Below, one piece after another: positions 18,863-27,654 of a stretch of DNA of 64,000 bases. This DNA comes from an uncultured bacterium (GTDB lineage: Bacteria > UBP6 > UBA1177 > JAKLFG01): assembly GCA_937871295.1 (NCBI GenBank), contig CALMRE010000219.1, positions 174 to 64,173 on the forward strand, written 5' to 3'. The first letter of the stretch is position 1. Each line of letters begins with the position of its first letter. The translations under genes were made by a program, and so were the position numbers. The notes below the pieces were generated by a model. The model worked only from the letters and a program-made list of their open reading frames with translations, ran no database searches and had not been told where the DNA came from.

Positions 18863-18895
18863 AGAAATGTCTTATGTCGAGGACTGACCCCTCTG
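18863..18895. repeat. Right terminal inverted repeat of the RAYT-like element
   Basis: 33 bp. It contains an in-frame ATG (18874) for the downstream znuA-like ORF. Confidence 0.6.
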
Positions 18896-18957
18896 CATTG
18901 ACTATCCTTCTTTCCTCTGCTATTGTGGCGGGCGTATGTGGTAATGGTGAGGACAAC

Positions 18958-19881
18958 TTGCAGAAAATTGTCTGGATAACGATCCCTCTTCTGATCGTCG
19001 GTGTCATCGGTTGGCTCATCTTCGTCAATGCCGACCGGGCGAAACCCGCCCGCGCTGCGGCGACGGTCGCTCCGCTGCAGGTGCACGAGGGGCCAACGCC
19101 CGTTTTCGTCTCCATTCCGCCGCTGAAATATATCGCCGAACGGATCGGCGGCGACCGGGTCACGGTCACCGCGTTGGTCCGCCCGGGAGCAGATCCGCAC
19201 ACTTTCGAGCCGTTGCCCGATCAGATGGCGGGGTTGTCGACGGCGAAATTCTTTTTCCTTGCCGGCGATCCTTCGGAACTGGCGTGGCGCGACAAGGTGC
19301 GCGGTTCGTACCCCGATCTTACTTTCATAGAGACCGGCGCCGCCGTCATCAAGCGGCCGGCCGATGGAGAAGAGGAGCACCACGGCGGCGTCGATCCGCA
19401 CATCTGGCTGGCGCCCGAGCTGTTGCGCATTCAGGCCCGTTCGATGGCGGCGGTCTTCATGACGGCCGACAAGCCGAATGCGGCCTATTACAAGGAACGG
19501 CTCGATGTCTTTACCGTCGCGATGGATGCGCTCGACGGCCGGATAAAGGAGTTGCTCGCGCCGTACAAGGGGCGCAGTTTCATCGTGTTCCATCCCTCGT
19601 GGGGCTATTTCGCCGACGCCTACGGCCTGAAACAGGTGCCGATCGAGATGGCGGGCAAGGGGCCGGGGGCGCGTCATCTGGCGGCGGTGACCGACATCGT
19701 GCGGCGTGAAAAGGTTTCCGCGATCTTCGCCGCCCCGCAGTTCCCGGTAGGCGAGGCGCAGTCGGTCGCCGACGCGACCGGGGCGAAGGTCGTTACGATC
19801 GATCCGCTCGCCGAGGATGTCGAAAAGAATCTTTCGGCGGTCGCCGACGCGCTTCTTGCGTCGTTCGGAGGGAAGAAGTGA
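18958..19881 (+). CDS. znuA: Metal (Zn/Mn) ABC transporter substrate-binding protein, ZnuA/TroA family
   Basis: Signal anchor IVWITIPLLIVGVIGWLIF; TroA-like His/Asp metal ligands (DPHIW, HPSWGYF). A TTG start at 18958 with SD GGTGAGGA is proposed. An alternative ATG at 18874 lies inside the right inverted repeat. Confidence 0.6.
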   Translation: MQKIVWITIPLLIVGVIGWLIFVNADRAKPARAAATVAPLQVHEGPTPVFVSIPPLKYIAERIGGDRVTVTALVRPGADPHTFEPLPDQMAGLSTAKFFFLAGDPSELAWRDKVRGSYPDLTFIETGAAVIKRPADGEEEHHGGVDPHIWLAPELLRIQARSMAAVFMTADKPNAAYYKERLDVFTVAMDALDGRIKELLAPYKGRSFIVFHPSWGYFADAYGLKQVPIEMAGKGPGARHLAAVTDIVRREKVSAIFAAPQFPVGEAQSVADATGAKVVTIDPLAEDVEKNLSAVADALLASFGGKK

Positions 19882-20606
19882 CCATCGTCTCTTTTGACAG
19901 GGTCTCCTTCGCCTATGCGGCGTGGCCGGTACTCGAAGAGGTCTCCTTCGATATCTATGAGCGCGAGTTCTTCGCCATCATCGGGCCGAACGGCGGCGGC
20001 AAGACGACCATCCTGAAACTCATGCTCGGCCTCCTCAAGCCCCGGCAGGGGCGGGTGACGGTCCTCGGGGCGCCCGCCGGGAAGAACGGCGGCCGGATCA
20101 GCTATGTGCCGCAGTCGGCGCGGATGGAGCTCGATTTCCCCATCACGGTCGAGGAGACGGTGATGCTCGGGCGGCTCGGGCCGCGTTCGTTCACCCCGTT
20201 CTTTTCCGAAAAGGACCGGGCCGCGGCGCGCGAGTCGATGGCGGCGGTCGATATCCTGCCGCTCAAGGACCGGCTCTTCGACGAACTGTCGGGCGGCCAG
20301 AAACAGCGGACCCTCATCGCCCGGTCGCTGGTGTCGGCGCCCGAGCTGCTGCTCCTCGACGAGCCGGTGTCGAGCGTCGACAGTACCGTGGAGCAGGATA
20401 TCTATGCGCTTCTCAAGGAACTGAATAAAAAGATGGCCATCGTCATGGTGTCGCACGATCTCGGCTTCGTGTCGTCGTATGTCAGACGGATCGCCTGCGT
20501 CAACCGGCTGGTGTCGGTAAGCGATGCGGCCGAGGTGACGCAGTGCGGGATAGACGAGAAGTATCACAGTCACATGCACCGTGTCGATCATCACTGCGGG
20601 TTGTAA
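19878..20606 (+). CDS. znuC: Metal ABC transporter ATP-binding protein
   Basis: Walker A GPNGGGKTT, signature LSGGQKQR, Walker B LLLLDEP. Confidence 0.85.
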   Translation: MTIVSFDRVSFAYAAWPVLEEVSFDIYEREFFAIIGPNGGGKTTILKLMLGLLKPRQGRVTVLGAPAGKNGGRISYVPQSARMELDFPITVEETVMLGRLGPRSFTPFFSEKDRAAARESMAAVDILPLKDRLFDELSGGQKQRTLIARSLVSAPELLLLDEPVSSVDSTVEQDIYALLKELNKKMAIVMVSHDLGFVSSYVRRIACVNRLVSVSDAAEVTQCGIDEKYHSHMHRVDHHCGL

Positions 20607-20608
20607 CG

Positions 20609-21433
20609 ATGGGCGGATTTGTCACGGCGCTACAACAGTATCCCTTCCTGCAGAACGCCCTTATCGCGGGACTGCTGGCGGCGGTCGCCTGCGGTCTTGC
20701 CGGGACCTTCGTGGTGCTCAAAAAGATATCGTTCGTCACCGGCGGCATATCGCACGCGGTGCTGGGCGGTGTCGGGGTCGCCGTGTTCCTCGGCTATTCC
20801 CCCTTCGCCGGAGCGCTGGTCTGCGCACTGCTGTTCACGGTGGTGCTGGGGCTCGTCAACAAGCGGGCGCGTCAGCATGAGGATACTCTTATCGGCGCGC
20901 TCTGGGCGGTCGGGATGTCGGTCGGCATCCTGTTCCTGTACCTCACCCCGGGGCATCAGGCCGATCTGATGGGGTATCTGTTCGGGAGCATCCTGATGGT
21001 GCCGCGCGAGTCGCTCTACCGGCTGGCGGTGCTCGACGCGGTGGTGCTGGTCACTGTATTCGTCCTTTTCCGGCAGTTCATCGCCATATCGTTCGACGAG
21101 GAACATGCCCGGGTGCGTGGCCTGCCGCGGACGGCGCTCTACATCATGCTGCTCGGGGTGGTGGCGCTGACGGTGGTGGTGCTGATGCAGGCGGTCGGCC
21201 TCATACTCGTCATCGCGCTTCTCACCCTTCCCGCCGCCACCGCGGCGCTTTTTAGCCGCTCTCCGGCCGCCATCGTCGGCTGGGCGACCCTCATCGGCGC
21301 GGTATCGACCTTCGCCGGCATTTTCGGGTCATTCTCCCTCGATATCCCGGCCGGTCCGGCGATGGTGCTCACCGCCGGCGCGTTCTATCTCGCCGGTCTG
21401 GTTCTGCGCGCCGTAAGCGGGAGGAGCGCATGA
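20609..21433 (+). CDS. znuB: Metal ABC transporter permease
   Basis: Eight TM helices; ABC-3 family. Start chosen at MGGFVTALQQ. Confidence 0.85.
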   Translation: MGGFVTALQQYPFLQNALIAGLLAAVACGLAGTFVVLKKISFVTGGISHAVLGGVGVAVFLGYSPFAGALVCALLFTVVLGLVNKRARQHEDTLIGALWAVGMSVGILFLYLTPGHQADLMGYLFGSILMVPRESLYRLAVLDAVVLVTVFVLFRQFIAISFDEEHARVRGLPRTALYIMLLGVVALTVVVLMQAVGLILVIALLTLPAATAALFSRSPAAIVGWATLIGAVSTFAGIFGSFSLDIPAGPAMVLTAGAFYLAGLVLRAVSGRSA

Positions 21434-22221
21434 ACACCTCATCGTGGCTGGAGAAACTCGGCGGCGCGGTGCTCGATAACTGGCACGAACTGCGGCAACT
21501 GCTCGGGTTCGCCTACACCGTGTTCCGCCGCCTGTTCGCCCCCTCCAGCTATCGGCCGCTGACGGTCGATATCCTGACCACGCAGATATACTTCACCGCG
21601 GTCCAGATACTCGGCTTCTTCATCGTGGTATCGGTCCTGTTCGGGTCGCTCTTCATCGGGATGACCCTCTTCGTCATCAAGGAGATCGGCCTGACGAGCT
21701 ATATCGGCCAGTTCATCGCCGGGGTGGTGGTGCTGGAGATGGCGCCGCTGGTGACGGTGCTTCTCATCGCCCTGCGGAGCGGATCGGCCATCAACGCCGA
21801 GATGGCGGTCATGAAGGTGAACCGCGAACTTGACGCCCTCACCGCCTTCAACATCGACATCGCCCGCTACCTGTTCCTGCCGCGCATCATCGCGGTGATG
21901 GTGAGCGTCGTACTGCTCAGTTCGCTCTTCGCCATCATCGTGACGCTCTCCGGACTTATCTTCTCCGCCCTCATCTTCGGCATGGGGTTCAACGCCTACG
22001 CCGATCTCATCGCCAAGGCGATAGAGTACAAGGATTTCCTCATCCTGATGGTGAAAAGCGCCGCCTTCGGGTTCTTCATCACCTTCATCCCGCTCTACTA
22101 CGGGTCGCGCGCCGGCTATCAGCTGACGGCGGTACCGGTGTCGGTCCTGCGCGGGATGGTCAATGTCTTCATAGCGATAGTCGTCATCGAGGTGCTGTCA
22201 TTAGTTGCCCGGTTTCTGTAA
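21430..22221 (+). CDS. mlaE: MlaE/YrbE-family ABC transporter permease
   Basis: Five to six TM helices and the ELDALTAFNID (EIDAL-like) motif typical of MlaE. Confidence 0.8.
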   Translation: MNTSSWLEKLGGAVLDNWHELRQLLGFAYTVFRRLFAPSSYRPLTVDILTTQIYFTAVQILGFFIVVSVLFGSLFIGMTLFVIKEIGLTSYIGQFIAGVVVLEMAPLVTVLLIALRSGSAINAEMAVMKVNRELDALTAFNIDIARYLFLPRIIAVMVSVVLLSSLFAIIVTLSGLIFSALIFGMGFNAYADLIAKAIEYKDFLILMVKSAAFGFFITFIPLYYGSRAGYQLTAVPVSVLRGMVNVFIAIVVIEVLSLVARFL

Positions 22222-22223
22222 GA

Positions 22224-22679
22224 CTCTTCCGCTCGGAAGATGAACTGGCCGCCGCGCTTGCCGCGCTGCGCGTCGAGACGGGGCCGCGCTACGCCCCCGT
22301 TTCGGCCGAAATTCCGCTTCTTTCCAACCTGTCGGTGTTCCAGAACATCGCCCTCATCCGGCAGTACCACGAGCGGCTGACGGCCGAGGATTCGCACCGC
22401 GATACCACGGCGCTCCTCGAACGGTTCGATCTGTGTCATCTGGCGGCGAAACGCAGTTATGAACTGAACGACCGCGAGCTGTTCTTCGTGAAACTGCTGC
22501 GCGCCTCCCAGCATGCGAACGCCGCCATCGTCATCGACCGTCCCTTCGCGCAGGTCGAGAACATGCACACCCTTTCACCGATACGGAAAGCGTTGGAACT
22601 CCTTGACTTCCCCGGCATCGAAGGTATCATTCTCGGGTACGAATGGAACAGGGGGCGCTACGAGGCCGATGGCGAATAG
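22224..22679 (+). pseudogene. Degenerate ABC ATPase remnant (MlaF position) lacking Walker A, with a mutated signature and Walker B
   Basis: The frame is open from the mlaE stop but has no ATG/TTG; only GTG 22335 is in frame. The translation shows the Q-loop region LLSNLSVFQNIAL. The signature is LNDRE instead of LSGGQ. Walker B is IVIDRPF instead of hhhhDEP. H-loop region is GYEWN. About 150 aa, with no P-loop anywhere. Confidence 0.45.
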
Positions 22680-23613
22680 GAGCATACAGTACAAGGTCGG
22701 ACTGTTCATCGTCACGACCATCGTGCTGGTCATACTCGCGGCGCTGTTCATCGCCTATAAAAAGGACCTGTTCGCCGATCTGGCGATGTACCGGCTCCAA
22801 TCGGAATCGGGCGAGGGGCTGACGCAGGGGATGCCGGTCCTCTTCTCCGGTTTCGAGATCGGCAAGGTGAAAGACCTCGAATTGTCGGACAAGGGACAGG
22901 TGGTCATCACCATCACCGTGCCGCGCAAACATGTCCGCTGGATACGCGAGGAGAGTACCTTCACGCTCGAAAAACCGCTGGTCGGTACGCCGCGTATCGT
23001 GGTGCGGACCGAGAACCCCGAGGGAAAGGAACTTTCCTACAGCAAGGTCGTCCCGATGAAGACGATAGACGACATCAACGAGGTCATCAAGAAGGCTCAG
23101 CCGCTGGTCGAACGGATACAGTCGGTTGCCGACAACATCGACCGGATGACCAATGCCGACAGCGAGCTCAACAAGATCATCGCCGACACCCGCAAGATGA
23201 CCAAGATGCTCTCGGAGAAGAAGAGCCTGCTTGAGATGGCGACGGGCGACAAGAAGGGGCAGGAAACGCTCATGAAGACGCTTGAACAGGTCGCCGCCAT
23301 CACCGAAACGGTCGACGGCACCATGAAGCGGATAGACGGGATGGTGGCGAAGGCCGACGAGTCGGTGCTGGGCGATAAAGGTTCGATAGCGATAGTCAAC
23401 AATATCCTTTCCGACATCGAGGGTAAGTTCAAGCGGCTCGACACCCTCATCGACAACGCCATCACGATGAGCGCCGACCTGCAGGGGACCACGCAGGACA
23501 TCAACCTCGTCCGCAAAGAGGTCGAGGAGACGATATCGTCGGTGAACAAGCTTATTCAGGATGTCCGCAACAGCCTGCCCTTCGAGCAGAAGAAGGAGAT
23601 AAAACTGCCGTGA
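22669..23613 (+). CDS. mlaD: MCE-domain (MlaD-like) protein with long C-terminal coiled coil
   Basis: N-terminal TM VGLFIVTTIVLVILAALFIA; an MCE beta-barrel region; about 200 aa of helical repeats. Confidence 0.7.
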   Translation: MANRSIQYKVGLFIVTTIVLVILAALFIAYKKDLFADLAMYRLQSESGEGLTQGMPVLFSGFEIGKVKDLELSDKGQVVITITVPRKHVRWIREESTFTLEKPLVGTPRIVVRTENPEGKELSYSKVVPMKTIDDINEVIKKAQPLVERIQSVADNIDRMTNADSELNKIIADTRKMTKMLSEKKSLLEMATGDKKGQETLMKTLEQVAAITETVDGTMKRIDGMVAKADESVLGDKGSIAIVNNILSDIEGKFKRLDTLIDNAITMSADLQGTTQDINLVRKEVEETISSVNKLIQDVRNSLPFEQKKEIKLP

Positions 23614-24260
23614 GAAAAGCATTCTTCTGCATCGTCATCGCGCTGGCCGCCTGTTCGTCGCAGCCCGCTCCGGCATGGCAGAGCGCCGCCTACACACAGC
23701 TCGCCAACTATACCGAAAGCTATCTCGCGGGCGAAGAGAAGCTGGCCGGCATCCATTTCGATAAAGCACTCGAACATATCTCGAAAACCGGAGATCCGGC
23801 GCTCGTGGGGCGGGCATGGCTCACCCGCTGTGCGCTGGAGACCGCCGCCCTCATCGATGTCCCCTGCGACACGGCGAAGGGATACGGCGGTGATCCGGCC
23901 AACGACAGCTACCGCGCGATGCTCGAAGGGACCGCCGTGAAGACCGATGCGCTTCCGGAACAGTACCGTGATCTCATGGAGGCGCTCGCCAAACGCTCGG
24001 TCAAAGAGGTGAACGGCGCTCTTTCCGATATAGAGGACCCGATCTCGCGCCTCATCGGCGCCGGGGTGGCGGTCAAGCGGGGGACCTTTGACACCGGCAC
24101 GCTCGAACTGGCGGCCGACTGCGCCTCTAAGAACGGCTGGAAGACGCCGCTGACGGCCTATCTGCTCCGCCTCAAGGCGGCCTACGGCGCGGCCGGACAG
24201 GGCGATAAGGCGGCTGCTGTCGACAACCGGCTTGAGATACTTGCCGGCGACAAGAAATAG
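23610..24260 (+). CDS. Lipoprotein, possibly an MCE/ABC-transport auxiliary component
   Basis: Lipobox LAACS. It sits immediately after the MCE gene with an overlapping stop/start, as DUF330-type auxiliary lipoproteins do. Confidence 0.45.
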   Translation: MRKAFFCIVIALAACSSQPAPAWQSAAYTQLANYTESYLAGEEKLAGIHFDKALEHISKTGDPALVGRAWLTRCALETAALIDVPCDTAKGYGGDPANDSYRAMLEGTAVKTDALPEQYRDLMEALAKRSVKEVNGALSDIEDPISRLIGAGVAVKRGTFDTGTLELAADCASKNGWKTPLTAYLLRLKAAYGAAGQGDKAAAVDNRLEILAGDKK

Positions 24261-24348
24261 TCTTTTCCGAAAAAGCGCAAAGGTTCTTGATTGTTCAAGG
24301 AACATGATATATAATGCATCGTTTTTCTGCCTGTTAGGGAGGTGCGCG

Positions 24349-26094
24349 ATGAGAGGGTTCAGTTGGATGGTGCTTCTGTTCTGCGCCGTCGTGTTCACGG
24401 TCGCCTGCGAGGAGACCAAGAAGAATATCGTCGATAAGGATGGGTCCGACAGCGACGAGATGCTCGGCGACAGCGATGAGATATCAGCGGCGGATGTCGA
24501 TTTCGCGGCGACCTGCGGCAACGGGATGGTCGACGGCGGCGAGCTCTGTGACGATAACACCGAGTTCTGCACCACGATAGACCCGGTCCTCTATTCGGGC
24601 GGCAAGGCGAAATGCCTCGACAATTGCGCCGGCTGGGACACCGCCACCTGCGATGAGGTCCCGCATGAATGCGGCAACACCGTCAAGGAAGGGCCCGAGG
24701 CGTGTGACGGCGATACGAAGAACTGCGTCGATATCGATGCGAACAAATACAGCGGCGGCAAGGCGAAATGTCTCGCCGACTGCACCGGTTACGATACCGC
24801 CACCTGCGATGAGAAACAGCCCGAATGCGGCAACAATGTCATCGAACAGGGCGAGCTCTGCGACGGCGGCACCAAGACCTGCGTTTCGATAAACGTCAAC
24901 TTCATCGGCGGTGTCGCCTCCTGCGGGTCCGACTGCGCCGCGTGGGATACCTCCACCTGCATCACTGCCGAGATGTGCGGCAACGATGTGCTCGACAACG
25001 GCGAGACCTGCGACAAAGGGACGAACAGCCTCACCAAGGTCAAGAACTGCGTCGAGATAGACCCGTACGCCTATTCGGGCGGCAAGGCGAAGTGCAACAC
25101 GACCTGCGACGGCTGGGATACCGCCACCTGCGAGGAACTGCCGAGCGACAACGATACCGTCGATAATGACACGGTCGATTACGACTATCCCAACGACATC
25201 GACAACGAACTGCCCGATTACGATACCGACACCGACACCGCCTGCACCAATGATTGCGTTACGCAGGGTGAGGAGCGGTGCTTCAACGAAACGGTCCAGC
25301 GCTGCGTGCAGGGCTGGGACGGCTGCAACGATTGGTCGAACATAGAATACTGCTATCAGAACACCCCCGTGCAAACCTGCGAGGAATGGTTGGGCGACGC
25401 CTACTGCGTCAGCACCTGTGAGAGCGAATGCACCAACGGTACCTATCAGTGCGATCCCCAGAACGCCGAGGATATTCAGAGTTGTGCATATAACAGCGAC
25501 GACGGTTGCTATTACTGGGAATTCTACTACGACTGCGTTACCGGTTACGGCGCGGGGTACGTGTGCGCCGATTCCGGGTCGAATTGCGACTACGAATCGA
25601 CCGCGCAGACCGACACCATCGGTTCGAACGCCGCTTCTTACACCGGTGGCGACCGCCTGAAGGGGAACTATTTTTCCTGCACCTCTTCGCGCACTTTGAC
25701 CGATATCAGCAGTTACATGGCCTTCACCGGCGGCCTCGACATCACCTATGTCGTCTACTATGCGTCGACCCAGACCGGCACCTACAGCCTTCTCTCCCAG
25801 AAAACGGTCAACCAGTACTCGAGCGCCGGGACCGCCGCATGGTACGCTTCCGGGGCCATGTCGGTAAGCCTGACCAGCGGCTACTATTACTTCATCGGCG
25901 TTTTCTTCGGCACGACCGATGATGTTTCCTATCCCGATCCGACCTACTACTATGCGACGACGCTCAACAGCACCCAGCCGGTGTTCGGAACGCACCTCGG
26001 CGGCGGCGAATCGGCGACCTTCGCGAGTCTCCCTTCCAGCGTTACGACCATCGACAATAGTTACGGCTATTACATGCAGATAACCACCGAGTAG
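24349..26094 (+). CDS. Secreted lipoprotein with four Myxococcus-type cysteine-rich repeats, an acidic D/N/T linker and a Cys-rich C-terminal domain
   Basis: Lipobox FTVAC. Four units of about 50 aa of the form CGN...E(L/A)CD(G/D)...C..ID...YSGGKAKC...C.G.DTATC(D)E. SD AGGGAGG upstream of ATG 24349. Confidence 0.65.
   Translation: MRGFSWMVLLFCAVVFTVACEETKKNIVDKDGSDSDEMLGDSDEISAADVDFAATCGNGMVDGGELCDDNTEFCTTIDPVLYSGGKAKCLDNCAGWDTATCDEVPHECGNTVKEGPEACDGDTKNCVDIDANKYSGGKAKCLADCTGYDTATCDEKQPECGNNVIEQGELCDGGTKTCVSINVNFIGGVASCGSDCAAWDTSTCITAEMCGNDVLDNGETCDKGTNSLTKVKNCVEIDPYAYSGGKAKCNTTCDGWDTATCEELPSDNDTVDNDTVDYDYPNDIDNELPDYDTDTDTACTNDCVTQGEERCFNETVQRCVQGWDGCNDWSNIEYCYQNTPVQTCEEWLGDAYCVSTCESECTNGTYQCDPQNAEDIQSCAYNSDDGCYYWEFYYDCVTGYGAGYVCADSGSNCDYESTAQTDTIGSNAASYTGGDRLKGNYFSCTSSRTLTDISSYMAFTGGLDITYVVYYASTQTGTYSLLSQKTVNQYSSAGTAAWYASGAMSVSLTSGYYYFIGVFFGTTDDVSYPDPTYYYATTLNSTQPVFGTHLGGGESATFASLPSSVTTIDNSYGYYMQITTE
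24517..25140 (+). repeat. Four tandem repeats of about 150 bp encoding the Cys-rich modules
   Basis: DNA-level repetition tgcggcaac...ggcggcaaggcgaaatg...gataccgccacctgcgatgag is visible four times. Confidence 0.6.
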
Positions 26095-26097
26095 CCG

Positions 26098-26832
26098 ATG
26101 CCTTATCTTCGTCTTCTGTTCATACTGCTTTGCGCCGGATCGCTTCTCACGCCGCTCGCGGCGGGACCGAAGGGGACGGTAAAGAAAAGCGAACCGCCCC
26201 GCGAACCGGCCGCCTCGATGCACTCGGGGCAGACCATCGCGATGAAGGAAAAGACGCTGCCGCCGACCGGCACCCACCACATTTACATAGACGCGAAGAC
26301 GCCGCGCTATGTCATCGAAGCGCTCGGCAGGAAGAAACTACAGGCGGCGTTCCTGTTCGATCAATCGCAGGCCGACTGGCTGCGCGGCATCATCCCGATG
26401 CTCAAGGAGATGAGTCCGCTCATTTTTCTGCGCGGCGGACTCGACCAGATGGGTGCGTTGCGCCTCAAGGAGACGCTCGAGTTCTTCGACTACAATGTGA
26501 CCCTTATCCACCTGAAAGCAAAGCCGGAAGACACGCTCGGCGCCCTGCCGATCGCCAATATCGCCGTTCTTGAGCGCAGAAAGGAAAAGGACCGGATCCG
26601 GTTCGTCATGACGCGCGGCAAACAGCCGGCCGAGACCGCGACGCTCCTGACGGTGCTCGACGAACGCGACTTGGACGAACCCTTCAGCGTGGCGGGCGGC
26701 ATCCATTTCAAGGCACACGGTATCCGTCTGGTGAACCTTGACGAAGAAGGCGATACGAAACTGCCGCCGGCCGAACGGACGGTCGTCTTCTGGCACAGCG
26801 AGAAAAAGATCCAGAAATTTATTGAGAAATAA
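26098..26832 (+). CDS. Secreted hypothetical protein
   Basis: Signal peptide LLFILLCAGSLLTPLAAG; no recognisable catalytic motif. Confidence 0.4.
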   Translation: MPYLRLLFILLCAGSLLTPLAAGPKGTVKKSEPPREPAASMHSGQTIAMKEKTLPPTGTHHIYIDAKTPRYVIEALGRKKLQAAFLFDQSQADWLRGIIPMLKEMSPLIFLRGGLDQMGALRLKETLEFFDYNVTLIHLKAKPEDTLGALPIANIAVLERRKEKDRIRFVMTRGKQPAETATLLTVLDERDLDEPFSVAGGIHFKAHGIRLVNLDEEGDTKLPPAERTVVFWHSEKKIQKFIEK

Positions 26833-26881
26833 CGGCGACTCGGTACAATGCCCCTCGTGATCGAAGCAATGGAGGAATGAT

Positions 26882-27607
26882 ATGCGTACATTGGCGTTTT
26901 TTGCCGCGTTATGCGCAACGGCCCTGCTCATGGCGGCCGAGAACAGTTGGAAGGTCACCGAAGAGGTGTCGGTCAACGGGAGCCGGGTGATAAAGACCTC
27001 CTATCTCAACGAGCAATACATCAAGGTGGTCAATCAGGCCGATACCGGCAGCACCGAGACCATCATCGATCTTGCCAACGACAAGATAACGATCATCAAC
27101 CATTTCCAGAAAAGTTATCAGGTCTCCAAATTCTCCGAATACATCAAATTCGCCGAAGGCATTGCAAGCGGCCTGAAGAACGGCGGTTATGTCAATCCTC
27201 AGAAACTCGAACCGAAGATGACCTTTGAGAAAAAGGGGACCGAGCAGGTCGGCGCATGGAACGCCATTCACTATGTCGTCAAGGTCGACGGCAAGGACTA
27301 TCAGGAGCTATGGGTCGCCCCCGAACTCAAGACCAGTCCGGTGCTCGAGTTCCGCAAGAAATATTCCGCTTATCTGCCCGAGACGCTGGTCAAGTACCGG
27401 GCGCTCGACGAGAAGATCAAGGATCGGGTGGCGGCCGAGGGGATGATCGTCCGCATGGTGAAGATACCGATCAACAAGAAACTGCCGAAGATAGACCAGA
27501 CGATGACCGAGGTGGTGAAATTCGATATCACCCCGGCGCTCCTGACGATACCGAAGGATTACATCGATAAGACCATCGTCGCGACGCCGGCCCCGGCCAA
27601 GCAGTAG
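26882..27607 (+). CDS. Secreted hypothetical protein (DUF4412-like?)
   Basis: Signal peptide MRTLAFFAALCATALLMAAE; lower local GC. Confidence 0.4.
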   Translation: MRTLAFFAALCATALLMAAENSWKVTEEVSVNGSRVIKTSYLNEQYIKVVNQADTGSTETIIDLANDKITIINHFQKSYQVSKFSEYIKFAEGIASGLKNGGYVNPQKLEPKMTFEKKGTEQVGAWNAIHYVVKVDGKDYQELWVAPELKTSPVLEFRKKYSAYLPETLVKYRALDEKIKDRVAAEGMIVRMVKIPINKKLPKIDQTMTEVVKFDITPALLTIPKDYIDKTIVATPAPAKQ

Positions 27608-27654
27608 CGGATCGGCCGGGCAACACCTTTCCCTTCAAAGCGGAGGTTTTTCAC

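Larger units (their letters stand above)
17812..18895. mobile_element. REPtron/IS-like unit: Y1 tyrosine transposase gene flanked by 33-bp inverted repeats
   Basis: Left repeat cagaggggtcagtcctcgacattagacatttct (about 17812-17844). Right repeat (about 18863-18895) is its reverse complement with 1 mismatch. A weaker inverted-repeat extension continues to roughly 60 bp. Confidence 0.6.

Noticed and set aside
22335-22679. Treating the 114-aa GTG-initiated ORF as an intact small protein.
   Set aside because: Its sequence is recognisably the C-terminal two-thirds of an ABC ATPase with mutated catalytic motifs. I interpret it as a degenerate mlaF rather than a novel small protein.
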